NCBI GenBank assembly: GCA_028697455.1
Contig: JAQVEZ010000001.1
Location: 67,902-131,901, forward strand
DNA: 64,000 nucleotides
Source of the DNA: Minisyncoccota bacterium
Lineage (GTDB): Bacteria; Patescibacteriota; Minisyncoccia; Phycocordibacterales; UBA1006
Direction: 5' to 3'
Positions 1 to 8,581 of this stretch are shown piece after piece (the first letter of the stretch is position 1; each line of letters begins with the position of its first letter). The position numbers were made by a program, and so were the translations under genes. The notes beneath the pieces are model-generated. The model did no database searches. It saw nothing but the letters and a program-made list of their open reading frames with translations, and was not told the origin of the DNA.

Positions 1-2
1 TT

Positions 3-596
3 ACATCGCAGTTATTAGGATTTTTTAATACGACAAATTTGGTTGCCGTTATCGGAGTCCTTGAACAACTTGGCTTCTCTTTGGAGTCTTTGATTCCAGT
101 TATTTCCGATCTTAAAGGGGCTGAAGGGAGAATGGAAATTGTTTCTTCTCAGCGACAGGATTTTATTGCTGTTGTTGATTATGCGCATAGTCCGGACTCA
201 CTTTCTCAAGTACTTGATATACTTCAGGAGATTTCTCACAATAAAATTATTACTGTTGTTGGTGTTGGTGGGGGAGAAGACAGAGAAAAGCGTCCTATTA
301 TGGGGGATATTGCTATCTTAAAGAGTGATTATACTTTTTTTACCAACGATAATCCAAGATTTGATGACCCTGGAGAAATTTTTAGTGATTTAACGCAAAA
401 TACTCAAGAGCTTAATTCTTGGAAGGTAATTCCAGACCGAGAAACAGCTATCCGAGAAGCCATAAGAATGCTTACACCAGGTGACATTCTTTTGGTTGCG
501 GGGAAGGGGCACGAAGAATATCAGGAGATAAATGGTATAAAATATCCATTTAAAGATAAGTCTATTATTGAAAAATATTTGACAAAAGAAATTTAA
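3..596 (+). CDS. murE: UDP-N-acetylmuramoyl-tripeptide synthetase MurE, C-terminal part (5'-truncated by the window)
   Basis: Frame open from the window start (SQLLGFFNTTNL); GRME, VDYAHSPD and DNPR motifs; C-terminal LVAGKGHEEYQ. Confidence 0.92.
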   Translation, partial: TSQLLGFFNTTNLVAVIGVLEQLGFSLESLIPVISDLKGAEGRMEIVSSQRQDFIAVVDYAHSPDSLSQVLDILQEISHNKIITVVGVGGGEDREKRPIMGDIAILKSDYTFFTNDNPRFDDPGEIFSDLTQNTQELNSWKVIPDRETAIREAIRMLTPGDILLVAGKGHEEYQEINGIKYPFKDKSIIEKYLTKEI

Positions 597-651
597 TTCA
601 TTATACTGGTAAAAATAGACCAAAAATTTTTTCCAGAAAGAACAAGATATT

Positions 652-1014
652 TTGGAAAACGGAAATGTTTCTTGCGCTCTCTTTGTTTCCACCGTCCTCA
701 CTATTTGTAAGTTAGTTGATAGAATCTATTTTACCGTCAACAATTCAGTTAAACATCTTGAAAACAATAACTCTTTTGAGATGATTTTATCGCCAGAGTG
801 GTCAGATATCGAACCGGGAGATGTCATTGTCTGGGACGCTTTAACAGAAGGAGGACATAAACATGTTGGTTTTTGTGTATCTTTTGGTGTAGCAATCTCA
901 AATATGAGTAGAAAAGGATCTCCAGGTAGGCACAGTATTGTTTATACGGGTTTTGGGTATGATGAAGATAAAAAAGCTCAAATATTAAAATGTTTCCGTC
1001 TAAAAAGCCCATAA
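652..1014 (+). CDS. Hypothetical protein with NlpC/P60/CHAP-like Cys-His motifs, possibly N-terminally truncated
   Basis: SCALFVS...PGDVIVW...HKHVGF pattern; TTG start only, with in-frame stops at 610 and 616 upstream. Confidence 0.5.
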   Translation: MENGNVSCALFVSTVLTICKLVDRIYFTVNNSVKHLENNNSFEMILSPEWSDIEPGDVIVWDALTEGGHKHVGFCVSFGVAISNMSRKGSPGRHSIVYTGFGYDEDKKAQILKCFRLKSP

Positions 1015-1071
1015 ATTTTAAGGACTTTTTGTTTCGATTGTGGAGAAGTATTTTCTTTGTATACTGAATTT

Positions 1072-2304
1072 ATGAACCTTAGCCAATACAAGAAAATAAC
1101 ACTACCACAAACACCGGGGGTTTATTTTTTTAAAAAAGGAAATACTATTTTATATATAGGAAAAGCAACGAATCTCGCCAATCGAACTAAAAGTTATTTT
1201 CAGGAAAACCTCATGGAAACACGAGGTCCCATTATTGCAAAAATGATAGAGGAGATTGATACTGTTGAGTGGAAAGAAACCGATTCGGTCCTCGAAGCTC
1301 TTATTCTTGAGTCTCACCTTATCAAACAACACCAGCCAGAATACAATACAAAAGAAAAAGATGATAAAAGTTATAACTACGTAGCAATAGGAAGTGAAGA
1401 TTTCCCAACAATTTCAATTCTTCGCGGGAAGGAACTTCTTCTTACACAATCTAAAAAAGAAAATAAATTTCTCTATACTTTTGGCCCTTTTCCACATAGG
1501 GACCAGCTTCAAGTTGCTCTGGGAATTTTGAGAAAAATTTTCCCTTTTTATTCTCAAAAAACTATTAAAAAATACTCAAAAGAATTTTATCGACAACTTG
1601 GGTTGATTCCAAGCCCAGGAGAGACTGATCAAAATTTTAGAGAAGAGTATCGAAAGAATATTGATTATCTTGCTCTTTTTTTTGAAGGGAAAAAGAAATC
1701 AATCCTTCAAAAATTAAAAAAAGAAATGAACGAGGCAGCGCAGAATCTTCATTTTGAAAAAGCGATGATTCGAAAACGTCAAATCGATGCGCTTGTACAT
1801 ATTCAAGATATTGCTCTCTTAAAACGAGATTTTGATTCCGTTTCTTATTTCCAGGAGTTTCGTATGGAGGCTTACGATATTGCTCATACCGAAGGGAAGT
1901 CAATGATTGGTGTTATGGTGGTTCATAATGGACGCGATTTTCGCTCAGATGAATATCGTGTTTTTAAAATAAAATCTCTCCAGAAAGCAAATGACACAGC
2001 AGCCCTTGCAGAAGTTTTGGAGAGACGGCTAGAACATAAGGAATGGCAATTTCCTACAATTATTATTGTCGACGGGGGTATCGCACAAAAACGTCGAGCA
2101 GAAAAAGTGCTGCGCGAACGAAATATAAAGATCCCTGTTATTGCTGTTGTTAAAGACGAGAGACACAAAGCAAAAGCCCTCCTTGGACAAAAAGGGCTTA
2201 TTCAAAAATATGAAAAAAGTATTATTGCAATTAATAATGAATCACACCGCTTTGCAATCTCTCAACATATCAAAAAACGATCAAAAGAGTTCTTACAAAG
2301 ATAA
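1072..2304 (+). CDS. uvrC: Excinuclease ABC subunit C, short form (GIY-YIG, UVR and RNase H-like domains; no HhH tail)
   Basis: PGVYFFK..YIGKA.NL, EALILE..LIK...P.YN, EAYDIAH, IIVDGG, NESHRFAI; ATG 6 nt after TATACT. Confidence 0.88.
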   Translation: MNLSQYKKITLPQTPGVYFFKKGNTILYIGKATNLANRTKSYFQENLMETRGPIIAKMIEEIDTVEWKETDSVLEALILESHLIKQHQPEYNTKEKDDKSYNYVAIGSEDFPTISILRGKELLLTQSKKENKFLYTFGPFPHRDQLQVALGILRKIFPFYSQKTIKKYSKEFYRQLGLIPSPGETDQNFREEYRKNIDYLALFFEGKKKSILQKLKKEMNEAAQNLHFEKAMIRKRQIDALVHIQDIALLKRDFDSVSYFQEFRMEAYDIAHTEGKSMIGVMVVHNGRDFRSDEYRVFKIKSLQKANDTAALAEVLERRLEHKEWQFPTIIIVDGGIAQKRRAEKVLRERNIKIPVIAVVKDERHKAKALLGQKGLIQKYEKSIIAINNESHRFAISQHIKKRSKEFLQR

Positions 2305-2312
2305 AGACTTCT

Positions 2313-2996
2313 CTAGTATGAGAAGTCTTTATTCGCTCTTTCGAGGTGTTCGATAGTATTGATTGGTTTCCATGAAGTACAAACTACGGTAGTAACAGGG
2401 TAGTCATGAGTGTGGGCGACAAGTGTTTGAGGGATACCAATTTCTCCCCCCCAAACTTCACGAGGTTCGAAATCAAAGAAATTACTATCAAGTACATAGG
2501 CTCCCGTTGCGACAAGAGCGCCTTTTTCTTTTTCTTCATCTGTTTGTGGTTCAAATCGAGAGAGGAATCCTTCTTTACTTATTATTTTATAGTGCCCTGG
2601 GAGTATGGCGTGTTGTACCTGGAAGCTTCGCGAATGAAGAAGTAAATTTTCAAGGTCATGTTTTTTGATAAGGTCATCACCGTTTAATACAAGAAAACGC
2701 TCACCTTTGTTTATAAAAGGTTTGACAGAAAGAAGGGCAGCCCCAGTTCCTTTTTTATCGGGTATTTGTTGGATATAGTTAATTGAAAATGGATAGTTTT
2801 TGCTCTCTACAAAATCCCGAATCTTTTCTCCAAGGTAACCAACCACCAAAAAAACTTCAGTAATATTTTCTGGGAGTTCTCTCAAAATATATTCGAGAAT
2901 TGGCTTTCCTTGAACAAGGAGAAGTGTTTTAGGGGCTGTGTCAGTGAGAGGTTTTAATCGTGTTCCTCTTCCTGCACAAAGAATGATTGCTTTCAT
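2313..2996 (-). CDS. Sugar-phosphate nucleotidyltransferase family protein
   Basis: MKAIILCAGRGTRLKPLT..PK.LL signature; GTGAAL; LNGDD. Confidence 0.85.
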   Translation of the reverse strand: MKAIILCAGRGTRLKPLTDTAPKTLLLVQGKPILEYILRELPENITEVFLVVGYLGEKIRDFVESKNYPFSINYIQQIPDKKGTGAALLSVKPFINKGERFLVLNGDDLIKKHDLENLLLHSRSFQVQHAILPGHYKIISKEGFLSRFEPQTDEEKEKGALVATGAYVLDSNFFDFEPREVWGGEIGIPQTLVAHTHDYPVTTVVCTSWKPINTIEHLERANKDFSY

Positions 2997-3039
2997 TAAG
3001 ACCAAGTATAAGAAAAAGCGTTGCTTAATGCAACGCTGT

Positions 3040-3534
3040 TCAGTCTTGCCAGTGGAGATATTTTTTCCCCTGCCAGATAGAGCGATCTCTGAGAAGTCCC
3101 TCTTGAAGCTTGCAACTTTCTTGAAACTTAAGAAAAGTAAAATAAAGCCACAAGGGTCCAGAAGAAAAATCCTTCCAGTTATCCAGTATTTCAGAATATG
3201 AAAAGAATTTGAAATCTGAATGTTCATCACTGATATTGATGACTGGATTGTTTCGAAGAAAGAGACTGTGTAAAAAAACAAGCCCATTCTCTACGGGATA
3301 TATCTCCTGTATCCTCTTAGGAAGACGCTGTCCTAACACAGCAACGAGGTGCAAAGAATCCTTGTCTACGATAATGCCCGTTTCCTCTCTTATCTCCCTA
3401 ATTGAGACTGCTTTGTAATCAATTTCATTGACATCAAAGCCTCCCCCTGTAAGATCCCAGAGACCTGTATCTTTTCTCTTGAGGAAGAGAGCCCTTCCGT
3501 CCCAAGAGATAATGGTAAATGATCCATTTATCAT
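3040..3534 (-). CDS. NUDIX hydrolase
   Basis: Nudix-box-like WDLTGGG...REIREETG; SDEHSD. Confidence 0.8.
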   Translation of the reverse strand: MINGSFTIISWDGRALFLKRKDTGLWDLTGGGFDVNEIDYKAVSIREIREETGIIVDKDSLHLVAVLGQRLPKRIQEIYPVENGLVFLHSLFLRNNPVINISDEHSDFKFFSYSEILDNWKDFSSGPLWLYFTFLKFQESCKLQEGLLRDRSIWQGKKYLHWQD

Positions 3535-3643
3535 TTTTTTAATTTATTTTTTATTAATATACCACTGAAGTAAATTTTAATCAACAAAAATAAAAACACC
3601 TTTTAAAAAGGTGATTTGTAAAGATTTCTTTTAAAAGGATTAG

Positions 3644-4408
3644 CTAATAGGTAGTACAACTTATTAACCCATAACCGTTGGTATAGCAATTAGTATTGTA
3701 GGTCTTTGGAATTGATGGGATAGTAAAAACTCCATCGCAAGCCTTACCTTGTTCAGAAAAAAGTAATGATTCTTCGCTAGAAAGAGTTAAAGCCTCTCTG
3801 CTGTATTCCATATACTTTAGAAAAGCAGAATCGCTATTATCTTTCTTATATGCTTTATAATAACTATCTGATTTATCTTGAGTTTTTTTCTTCTTTTCTT
3901 TAATATTTTCAAGTTGTTTAGTTGCTTCTCGACACTCAACACTATTTTTTCGTTCCTCCTGTTGTTTTAATAGATCATTTCCTCCTTCTCGTTGTTGGTT
4001 TATAGAATTAATGAGAGGGGAGGTACAATACGCTTGTCCCGATGAGGGGCAGAAAAATTCAGTTCCGATACTACAAGTATTGGTATAAGTAATCCCATTA
4101 CATTCTCTCAGGTCTTGTTGTTGACTTGGTATAACAACAGTAGGGACTTGCACTAGTGAAGTTTGGATGGTTGGTGTCGTTTGATTTTCTGAAGGAAAGG
4201 GCTCACTATCTTCTTGCTCTATAGTAATAGACTCTTCAGTTGGTGGTACTTTTACAGTTTCTGAAATTTGGGTTTCAGTATGTTGTCTCATGAAAATATT
4301 CCAAATTTTCCAAGTAGTTGGGTTCCACCACACAGCGAAAGTAACCTGTGGTATTATCAACAGAGTGATCACAAAAATAAAGATAAATTTCTTAGTTTTT
4401 TTGTCCAT
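3644..4408 (-). CDS. Secreted Cys-containing hypothetical protein
   Basis: Signal peptide ending TFA-VWWNPTTW, Thr/Pro-rich linker, several Cys pairs; the ORF-track start lies inside the tRNA, so ATG 4408 is used. Confidence 0.65.
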   Translation of the reverse strand: MDKKTKKFIFIFVITLLIIPQVTFAVWWNPTTWKIWNIFMRQHTETQISETVKVPPTEESITIEQEDSEPFPSENQTTPTIQTSLVQVPTVVIPSQQQDLRECNGITYTNTCSIGTEFFCPSSGQAYCTSPLINSINQQREGGNDLLKQQEERKNSVECREATKQLENIKEKKKKTQDKSDSYYKAYKKDNSDSAFLKYMEYSREALTLSSEESLLFSEQGKACDGVFTIPSIPKTYNTNCYTNGYGLISCTTY

Positions 4409-4411
4409 AAG

Positions 4412-4484
4412 TGGACCCGACAAGATTCGAACTTGCGACCTCCTCAGTGCAAATGAGGCGCTCTACCAACTAAGCTACGGGCCC
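4412..4484 (-). tRNA. tRNA-Ala(TGC)
   Basis: Cloverleaf GGGCCCG/CGGGTCC, anticodon arm CCTCA-TT-TGC-AC-TGAGG, GTTCGAATC T-loop; CCA not encoded. Confidence 0.96.
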
Positions 4485-4605
4485 AAACCGTTTTTAACAA
4501 CGGTAATATAAAATGTAAAAGAACAACTGAAAGACATTATAAAGAAAGGCTTTAATTTTGCAAGTACTTATTTTACTCATTGGAGATTTTTGTTACCCTA
4601 AGAAT

Positions 4606-5274
4606 ATGACAGCCCAACAAAAAGAAGAAAGACAAAAGAGAATCAAAAAAATGCTCCCTATTCTAAGGAAAATGTTTCCAAGCCCACAATCAGAACTTAA
4701 TTACGGGAATGATTTTGAGTTTCTTGTTGCGGTAATTCTCTCTGCTCAATGTACCGATAAAAGGGTAAATATTGTCACCAAAACTCTTTTCAAGAAATAC
4801 AAAACAATCTCTGATTATGCACATGCGGATTTGGAAACGTTTGAACAAGATATTTTTTCAACAGGATTTTATAAAAACAAAGCAAAGAACATTATTGCAA
4901 CAGCAAAGATTGTCCAAGATGAGCACAAGGGGAAGCTTCCTCGCAATATCGCATCTCTCCAAAAACTCCCAGGGGTAGGGAGAAAAACCGCAAATGTTAT
5001 TCTTTCAAATTTATACGATATTCACGAAGGAATTGCTGTTGATACTCATGTTATGCGTATTGCTCAAAAATTTGACCTTGTTGACCCACCTTATACTCCT
5101 GTATCAATAGAAAAAGATCTCATGGAAATTATCCCAAAAAAAGAATGGGGGAACATAAATCACTATTTTGTTCTCTATGGTCGCTATTATGCACCTGCAC
5201 ATGCAAAGGAAGTTAATGATGAATTAACAAGGCTTTATCCACCCGCTCGTTTTAAATTGAAAAGTCTAGCTTAA
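4606..5274 (+). CDS. nth: Endonuclease III (HhH-GPD DNA glycosylase) lacking the C-terminal Fe-S Cys motif
   Basis: LVAVILSAQCTDKRVN, LPGVGRKTANV, AVDTHV. Confidence 0.92.
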   Translation: MTAQQKEERQKRIKKMLPILRKMFPSPQSELNYGNDFEFLVAVILSAQCTDKRVNIVTKTLFKKYKTISDYAHADLETFEQDIFSTGFYKNKAKNIIATAKIVQDEHKGKLPRNIASLQKLPGVGRKTANVILSNLYDIHEGIAVDTHVMRIAQKFDLVDPPYTPVSIEKDLMEIIPKKEWGNINHYFVLYGRYYAPAHAKEVNDELTRLYPPARFKLKSLA

Positions 5275-5684
5275 TTTAAGCTAGACTTTCTGAGATTCAT
5301 TTTTGTTGTTGTCACCATGATACCTGGCAAGATAGATATTTTTGGAATAAGAAAGCAGTAGATTTTTTTGAGAACACTTTTTTCAAGCGTATAGCTTTTG
5401 TGGGTATATCTTCTTTCTTGCTCAATTCCAGAAATAATCCAGATATCTTCTCCTGGTAAAATTTTTTTCTGTAATATGTCTTTGATAATCCCTTCTCGCA
5501 TTTGTATTGTTTTGAGAAGGAGGAAATGATCGTTTCTTACAGGGCTCGCTGCTGTTGGATAAAAAGACTTTGTTGACCCCCTAAGATAAAAGAGAGGGTA
5601 GCCTTTGTTTACTAAAGAGAGTAAGCCCTTGTCTATCTCAAGAGTTGCTCCTGGATAGATGGTCACCTTTTCGATTGCTAACAT
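5271..5684 (-). CDS. Hypothetical protein
   Basis: 137-aa ORF with ATG filling the gap, convergent with nth. Confidence 0.5.
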   Translation of the reverse strand: MLAIEKVTIYPGATLEIDKGLLSLVNKGYPLFYLRGSTKSFYPTAASPVRNDHFLLLKTIQMREGIIKDILQKKILPGEDIWIISGIEQERRYTHKSYTLEKSVLKKIYCFLIPKISILPGIMVTTTKMNLRKSSLN

Positions 5685-5758
5685 ATTTTTAAAGATTCTT
5701 ATTTTCTAGTTTAGGGGAACTTTATTTTTAAACAAGTCTTTGCTATACTTATATCGTT

Positions 5759-5857
5759 ATGAAAGAACAGTTACAAAAAGTACGAGGAAATAAAACCTTC
5801 CGAATTGTACTTATCTTGGTGTTATTAGCTATTGCGGTGTATCTTTATTTTAACTAA
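5759..5857 (+). CDS. Small single-TM protein (32 aa, MKEQLQKVRGNKTFRIVLILVLLAIAVYLYFN)
   Basis: TATACT just upstream; basic N-terminus plus hydrophobic helix; same frame as the next ORF. Confidence 0.6.
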   Translation: MKEQLQKVRGNKTFRIVLILVLLAIAVYLYFN

Positions 5858-5869
5858 TTTAAACGACTT

Positions 5870-6274
5870 ATGGATACGTCAGAATTAAAAAACAAAATCA
5901 AGAACAAGGTTAACAAAGAAACTATCAAACCAACGAGTACCAAAAAGAAAGTTCTTCTTGGTGCTATTATTGTGCTCCTTGGAGCACTTGGTCTCGAGCT
6001 CAGCAACAATGATTTTTCTCTAGAATCCCTTCTAGCGGGGAACTCACTATCTGAATCGAAAATTATCCGTGATGCAAACGGGAACATTGACTTTTCAAAT
6101 CCACTTAACGTAAAAGCATATTGTGAATTAGATACAAAAAACTGTGCTGACTTTACAACCCAAGCAGATGCACAAAAAGTATTTGAACAATGTGGAGGGA
6201 CTTCAGCTGATATCCACCGACTTGATGGTGACGGTGATGGTGTTGCGTGTGAGTCTTTACCTGCAGGAAATTAA
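5870..6274 (+). CDS. Membrane-anchored Excalibur calcium-binding domain protein
   Basis: NCADF.TQ..AQ...[16 protein letters not shown] motif; one TM segment. Confidence 0.85.
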   Translation: MDTSELKNKIKNKVNKETIKPTSTKKKVLLGAIIVLLGALGLELSNNDFSLESLLAGNSLSESKIIRDANGNIDFSNPLNVKAYCELDTKNCADFTTQADAQKVFEQCGGTSADIHRLDGDGDGVACESLPAGN

Positions 6275-6310
6275 AACTTTAAATAAAGTTTTTTTTATTA
6301 TTTAAAAACT

Positions 6311-6552
6311 ATGGAACAATTTCCAAAACCAAACAACACGAAAGTTGAAACAGGAGTATCGACCTCTTCAGAAGAAGAATTTTTTTGTTGAGAAATCCTG
6401 CGGTTTTGCGATGGCTCGTAATGGTAGAAAATGGACAACATTGGCTTCACACAGGACATGGAGCTAACTGGCTAAGGTCTGAATATGGTCAAGCATGGTT
6501 AAGATCCGATGCTGGAAAGAAATGGATGAACGCTCCAAAAGAACTTCTTTGA
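6311..6552 (+). pseudogene. Small GxxWL-repeat protein interrupted by a frameshift at a T7 run
   Basis: The ATG 6311 frame stops just after T7 (6380-6386); the -1 frame reads LLRNPAVLRWLVMVENGQHWLHTGHGANWLRSEYGQAWLRSDAGKKWMNAPKELL*. Confidence 0.5.
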
Positions 6553-6664
6553 TTTCTCAAAGATTTAACAAAGAAAAAGCCGAAACCCTCGTTTTGGCTT
6601 TTTGTATTCACTCTTCACAAATAGTATCCTTGCAAATAAACTATTCTTGTGGTAATGTCTTAAA

Positions 6665-6821
6665 TAAAGGTAGTCTTGTAGCTTGAGAGATTTTCTCAAA
6701 AGAGCTGAACGAAATTCTTAAAATCTTTCTCTTATTTGAGAAAAACAGAATGGATTGAGACACCCAAGAGTTCTTTTTTAAATGAACTTAAACCCCTCGG
6801 CACAAAATGCCGAGGTTTTTT
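6665..6821 (+). ncRNA. Putative structured small RNA of unknown family
   Basis: TTGCAA-17-TAATGT promoter, multibranch pairing, strong intrinsic terminator, no credible ORF. Confidence 0.5.
6795..6821 (+). terminator. Intrinsic terminator
   Basis: CCTCGGCA-caaaa-TGCCGAGG followed by a T-run. Confidence 0.85.
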
Positions 6822-6963
6822 ATTTTTTGAAAAAACAGGAGACTTCTTAACCATAAGAGTCAAAAGTATATTGTTTTGCCACAACGGAAACAGGATAAGA
6901 GATATTATTAAAATGAGTTAATTTTATAAAAACCTAGAATAAATATTCTAGGTTTTTATGTAT

Positions 6964-7048
6964 TGGTGCCCAGGGCGGGACTTGAACCCGCACGCTCTAG
7001 GAGCCACGGCCCTCAACCGTGTGTGTATACCAATTCCACCACCTGGGC
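6964..7048 (-). tRNA. tRNA-Leu(GAG)
   Basis: GCCCAGG acceptor, CACGG-TT-GAG-GG-CCGTG anticodon arm, long variable arm, encoded CCA. Confidence 0.96.
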
Positions 7049-7122
7049 AATACAGATTATTGTAACAAAAAAGATACGAAAGACAATGTTTTTATGTTAT
7101 TTTTGAGTTATACTAGGGTTCT

Positions 7123-7518
7123 ATGTGGAATCTTTTTCAACAATTTCAAAAATATAGAAAGGCAAGGGAAGTACTCGAGACTCAACCAGAGGACGTCGCG
7201 GCAGGTTTTCTTCTTTCGTATGTGAGAAGCTTTCTTTTTGCAGCAGGAATGATTCTTTCGTTTCTTGGGCTAGCATTTCTTCTTATTGGGTATACTCAAG
7301 ACATTTTTTTCTTTCGTTTTTTTGGATATGCATTCTTTTTTGTGCTGTTGTTAGATATTGCTTTTTATCTTTTAATTAAAAAAATAATTTACCGAATCGT
7401 GCGATCTCTTAAGAATAGTTTTATGGGAAATTCACAAAAAATAATTTCTCATAACTCCGTTATTGACGTTGATCTTAATAATTCGGAATCAAAAAGTTAT
7501 GGAGAAAGAGAATTCTAA
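7123..7518 (+). CDS. Hypothetical membrane protein (2 TM)
   Basis: Two hydrophobic segments; TATACT 8 nt before ATG. Confidence 0.65.
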   Translation: MWNLFQQFQKYRKAREVLETQPEDVAAGFLLSYVRSFLFAAGMILSFLGLAFLLIGYTQDIFFFRFFGYAFFFVLLLDIAFYLLIKKIIYRIVRSLKNSFMGNSQKIISHNSVIDVDLNNSESKSYGEREF

Positions 7519-8188
7519 ATTTTATGTTGTTGCGACTCCGATAGGAAATCTCAAGGATTTTTCTTTTCGTGCGGTTGAGGTGTTGTCATCGGTAGATAGT
7601 ATTCTTTGTGAAGATACTCGAGAAACGCAGAAACTTCTCAATGCTTATGATATAAAAAAGCCAACCTATTCTTACCATGCGCAATCTTCACAAAAGAGAG
7701 AAGACTTTATTATTCAGAAGATCCAAGAAGGGGAGACCTTTGCCCTTGTTTCTGATGCGGGGACACCGACTATTTCTGATCCAGGAGTCAAAATTATTTC
7801 TCGTATTCGGAAAGAATTCCCTGAAATCCAAATCATCCCTATTCCAGGAGCCACTGCTTTTGTTTCAGCACTTTCTGTTACAGGATTCAAAGGAGGACAG
7901 TTTACTTTTTATGGATTTCTCCCACACAAGAAGGGAAGAAAGAAAATTTTTGAAGAGATAGCAAATTCTGAAAAAATTAGTGTTTTTTATGAGTCTCCAC
8001 ACCGCCTTCTTAAAACGTTAACAGAGCTTACAGAATCTTTAGATGATAAAAAAGAAGTGTGTGTTGCACGAGAAATTACTAAAATCTTTGAAGAAACACG
8101 TATTATGAAGCCTCAAGAAATGCTAGATTTCTTTAAAGAAAATCCTGAAAAAATAAAAGGAGAATTTGTTATTATTATTAATTCTTAG
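7499..8188 (+). CDS. rsmI: 16S rRNA (cytidine1402-2'-O)-methyltransferase
   Basis: YVVATPIGNL, CEDTR, VSDAGTPTISDPG, YESPHR, REITK. Confidence 0.95.
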   Translation: MEKENSKFYVVATPIGNLKDFSFRAVEVLSSVDSILCEDTRETQKLLNAYDIKKPTYSYHAQSSQKREDFIIQKIQEGETFALVSDAGTPTISDPGVKIISRIRKEFPEIQIIPIPGATAFVSALSVTGFKGGQFTFYGFLPHKKGRKKIFEEIANSEKISVFYESPHRLLKTLTELTESLDDKKEVCVAREITKIFEETRIMKPQEMLDFFKENPEKIKGEFVIIINS

Positions 8189-8236
8189 GCTCTTAAAAAT
8201 AGAATTTTTTTTGTTTTTTGTTACAATGTTTTTTAT

Positions 8237-8578
8237 ATGAAATATTATTTTAATCTTATCCAGTATGCAGCAATTTTTCTCCTACTTTTTCCATTTTTGG
8301 GATTCTCAGAAACGTGGGAAACTTTGTACGTAATAATTCTCGCAATTGTTATTGGTTTTTCTAATCTTTATATCAGAAAGAACGTTGAAGGAATCAAAAG
8401 AAAGTCAGAAGATAAGTCTCTTCAGGGATATATTGATGAATTAAAAACACGATTCAAAAATTTTGAATCTCAAACTCCTCGAGAGAATATTCACGAAAGA
8501 AGTTTTTATAAAAAGAAAGATATTATTATTAAGGAAACGCAAGAAGAAGAAAATTCTTCATCAGAAGAGAATAATTAG
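8237..8578 (+). CDS. Hypothetical membrane protein
   Basis: Two N-terminal TM segments, charged tail; first gene of an operon. Confidence 0.65.
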   Translation: MKYYFNLIQYAAIFLLLFPFLGFSETWETLYVIILAIVIGFSNLYIRKNVEGIKRKSEDKSLQGYIDELKTRFKNFESQTPRENIHERSFYKKKDIIIKETQEEENSSSEENN

Positions 8579-8581
8579 TTT

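Noticed and set aside
2997-3287. N-terminal extension of the nucleotidyltransferase ORF (324 aa)
   Set aside because: Overlaps the NUDIX gene; the family signature begins at MKAIIL (2996).
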